64,000 nt of DNA. Source: Promethearchaeota archaeon (GTDB taxonomy: Archaea > Asgardarchaeota > Lokiarchaeia > Sigyniarchaeales > SOKP01). The DNA is taken from the NCBI GenBank assembly GCA_016839555.1, contig JAEOUA010000006.1, forward strand, positions 32,001 to 96,000. Direction: 5' to 3'. The notes under the pieces are model-generated. The model did no database searches. It saw nothing but the letters and a program-made list of their open reading frames with translations, and had not been told where the DNA came from. The stretch's first letter is position 1. Every line of letters begins with the position of its first letter. A program made the translations under genes and the position numbers. Below are positions 61,648 through 64,000 of the stretch, one piece after another.

Positions 61648-62220
61648 TTATGTTGATTCTTTCAACGGAATTCCTAATCTTGATTTTGCAATTACTTCAG
61701 CTTGCTTCTCAGTCAAGCCATTTTCGGCATAAAATTCTTTTAACGCTTCCCATTTTTCATAATTTAGAATATTTGAAACTTCAAAATATAGTATATTACT
61801 GTAATGCGAATTTTCCAAGTCTATTCTCTTAAGGAGGTAGAATTCTACCCAACAATCTTGACATTGGACTTTTTCGATAATGAATTTTGGATAGTAATTC
61901 GATGTATAACTGTATCCAAATTCCGTGTTAATGTTATCAACAACGGTCTCAGATTCCCACGCGATTTTTAGGAAGGTCGTGTTGTGAATTTTTTCATTTA
62001 GACATTTATCTAAGCCATTCTTATTATAGAGCGTTGATTCTGGAAATTGGTGGCGAATTTCGTTTAATATTTCTCTTATTTGCTCGATTAATAAGATTTT
62101 ATGATAAGGCAAGCTGTCGTGTCTATAACCATATTCTATATTTCTTAGATGATAATCGTTCAGTTCTTCCCATTGTTCAATTTCTTCGGGGGCATAAACA
62201 TAATATACATATTCCCACAT
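61648..62220 (-). CDS. Hypothetical protein, possibly N-truncated
   Basis: 190-aa ORF with CQDC; frame stays open upstream of the ATG to about 62268. Confidence 0.55.
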   Translation of the reverse strand: MWEYVYYVYAPEEIEQWEELNDYHLRNIEYGYRHDSLPYHKILLIEQIREILNEIRHQFPESTLYNKNGLDKCLNEKIHNTTFLKIAWESETVVDNINTEFGYSYTSNYYPKFIIEKVQCQDCWVEFYLLKRIDLENSHYSNILYFEVSNILNYEKWEALKEFYAENGLTEKQAEVIAKSRLGIPLKEST

Positions 62221-62250
62221 AAGCTGAAATAACCGATCTTTGAAAAAAAG

Positions 62251-62394
62251 ATAAATCCATTGCTTCTAGATACTGGCGTAAAATCAAATAATAACTTTAA
62301 TACAATTACTTTTATAATAAGTATTATAAGTGGAGTGGGTGTGTTAATAGCTATTTCAAGTATTACATTCTATCGTAGAAGATTACAAAATTAA
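62251..62394 (+). pseudogene. Orphan C-terminal membrane anchor of a surface protein
   Basis: ..DTGVKSNNNFNTITFIISIISGVGVLIAISSITFYRRRLQN*: TM helix plus basic tail, with no ATG. Confidence 0.45.
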
Positions 62395-62548
62395 TAATTC
62401 TTCTTCTATAGAGAATTAATAGAAAAATTTTATAATTTTTTAATTTCTTTTTCTTTTATATTTTGAATATTTTTTTAAACCATAAATTATTCCAAAATTT
62501 TAATTTTATTGCCTTTTCAAACCTTTAATAAAGATTGCGATTGATGTA

Positions 62549-62884
62549 GTGGGCGTTTTATTAGATAATTTAGTAACTTTCCTTGAAATTTATAATAAAA
62601 AGTTTAAAACTGAGCATATTAAAGAAGATATTAAATACTGGGAATATTTTGAAGAATTAAAAATGACCACAGAACAATTCTTTAAATTATTCTATAAAAC
62701 ATTTGATTATTTAGAGGATGTTCCATTTATTGATGAGGAAGCTCCTACCTATATGAAAAAACTGAATAAAGTTAATGACTTGTTTATTCTAACTGCGCTC
62801 GATCCAAATTATAGAAATCTTTTAGTTAAACAGTTAGAATCGTGTCAGATCAAACAACCAGTTCATTATAAGGAGATGATATGA
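62549..62884 (+). CDS. Hypothetical protein
   Basis: 111-aa ORF with protein-like composition; no motif recognised. Confidence 0.5.
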   Translation: MGVLLDNLVTFLEIYNKKFKTEHIKEDIKYWEYFEELKMTTEQFFKLFYKTFDYLEDVPFIDEEAPTYMKKLNKVNDLFILTALDPNYRNLLVKQLESCQIKQPVHYKEMI

Positions 62885-62971
62885 TATTACTAGTATAGGG
62901 GATAATGTCAGAAACAAATACTAAATTTTACTGGAATACTGAATAATCACAACTAATCTATGAAGTAAAAA

Positions 62972-63466
62972 TTATTTTAGGGATGACTTTTCTCTCAATC
63001 TAAGCAAATCTTGATATTGCCACTCTCGCTCTTTAATAACAGCATTATTGGCATCAGAGGAGTTAGTGGCTCTATGAATAGCTTGTAAGGCATAGATTGC
63101 AGCACCAATAGAGTGGGTTTTAACATGTGCTGTTGCAACAGCCTGACCTGTGGCGCGTGCGGCAGAGCGGGCAGCATTATCATCCCAGACTTCACGGGCA
63201 GCCTCATGAGCATCAAGTGATGCTTTGCGAATCACTGCCATTTTAAATATCCCCGTATCTATCCACATTTGGAGTGTTCTGATAGCATTTCTAGGACGAT
63301 GGTCTTTCGGAAATTGTTTCTCAAAAAATGGTAGAACACGTTCGGCACAGTGAATCGCCCAGATAGCTAAAGTTTTTTTATCAGTCTTATTCATAAGCTC
63401 TAAAATTCTCTCGTCTTTTCTGTATTGTATTAGAGAAAATTTAGATTTTTCTTTTTTAATTTTCAT
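62972..63466 (-). CDS. Imm5-like (putative immunity) family protein
   Basis: WAIHCAERVL..F...D.RPR.AI; AARATGQAVATAHV..H..GAA.YA; EREWQ. Confidence 0.75.
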   Translation of the reverse strand: MKIKKEKSKFSLIQYRKDERILELMNKTDKKTLAIWAIHCAERVLPFFEKQFPKDHRPRNAIRTLQMWIDTGIFKMAVIRKASLDAHEAAREVWDDNAARSAARATGQAVATAHVKTHSIGAAIYALQAIHRATNSSDANNAVIKEREWQYQDLLRLREKSSLK

Positions 63467-63539
63467 ATACTCAAATGAACTTTATATTAGTAATCTAAAA
63501 CTCCTTTAACTATGTTTGATCGAAAGACTGAATACTTTT

Positions 63540-63869
63540 TCAATCCACAGTATTTATTTTTATACCCAAAGCTTCTAGAAAATCTTTCGCAAATTCAGTT
63601 AATACATAATAAGAATATTGATTTGAATTATCTGATTTTTGGTAAAAATTATCTATTAAACTTGCTTTTTTTAGTTCTTTTAAATGAAATGTGAGTGTAC
63701 TAGAACTTAAATTTAAATCATTCATTAGATCTGAGAAAGTGACTCTTTTTTTATTAAGAAATACTTCTATGAGTTTTTTTCTATTTTTATTTCCCAAAGC
63801 TTTAATTGCACGCTCTATTTCAGGAGGAATTTTAATTTTTTTCACTTTTTCTAACATTTTTATTTTCAC
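63540..63869 (-). CDS. ArsR-family wHTH regulator
   Basis: KALGNKNR...TFSDL...SSSTLTFHLKEL...YVLTEF. Confidence 0.85.
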   Translation of the reverse strand: MKIKMLEKVKKIKIPPEIERAIKALGNKNRKKLIEVFLNKKRVTFSDLMNDLNLSSSTLTFHLKELKKASLIDNFYQKSDNSNQYSYYVLTEFAKDFLEALGIKINTVD

Positions 63870-64000
63870 TATTTTTAATGTTTTTTTTTTATGTTCAATA
63901 CATTTAATATATATTTATTTTTATATATAAATGTTGATAATATTATATATAAGTTTAATTTAGTCTACAATTATTTAATATTAAACAACTTTTTTTATAA

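Larger units (their letters stand above)
53075..62260. mobile_element. Putative genomic/defence island (no integrase seen)
   Basis: Flanked by two truncated host-type genes; carries PCNA-like, methyltransferase and PLD-helicase genes; boundaries approximate. Confidence 0.5.

Noticed and set aside
3022-63930. Numerous 60-170 aa ORFs antisense to or nested within long genes (e.g. 36403..36909, 20906..21310, 6090..6464)
   Set aside because: Shadow ORFs of well-supported genes, with no motifs or RBS.
1-64000. tRNA, rRNA, CRISPR arrays, transposases and integrases
   Set aside because: None recognised by eye; tRNAscan-SE, Infernal and ISEScan would be needed to exclude them formally.

Overview
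A 64 kb AT-rich chromosomal segment, most likely from an Asgard archaeon (Lokiarchaeia/Promethearchaeota-like). This assignment is inferred from two Rab-like GTPase genes, longin/roadblock-like domains, a profilin-like remnant, an ADP-forming acyl-CoA synthetase, type 2 IDI and GGTGA ribosome-binding sites. In order, the window holds: a surface protein with a cytoplasmic longin-like domain; a PadR-BtrH-DUF3795-methyltransferase-UvrA2 operon; a membrane-anchored Rab-like GTPase with circularly permuted motifs (G3-G4-G5-G1-G2); redox and methyltransferase genes; an acyl-CoA catabolism cluster (17.3-25.5 kb); glpAB; a 12 kb supercluster interleaving mevalonate genes (HMGS with a DUF35-like tail, class II HMGR, MvaD, IDI-2) with crtB, crtI, crtY, cruF, crtD and crtZ, a gene set predicting a saproxanthin-type xanthophyll; gpmA; a permease-roadblock pair next to a degenerate GTPase-HTH fusion; a GH29 fucosidase; and a ~9 kb island between two broken host genes carrying a divergent PCNA-like clamp, an Eco57I-like adenine methyltransferase and a PLD-SNF2 helicase. 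No rRNA, tRNA or CRISPR array was recognised. All calls come from reading motifs by eye; no database searches were run.
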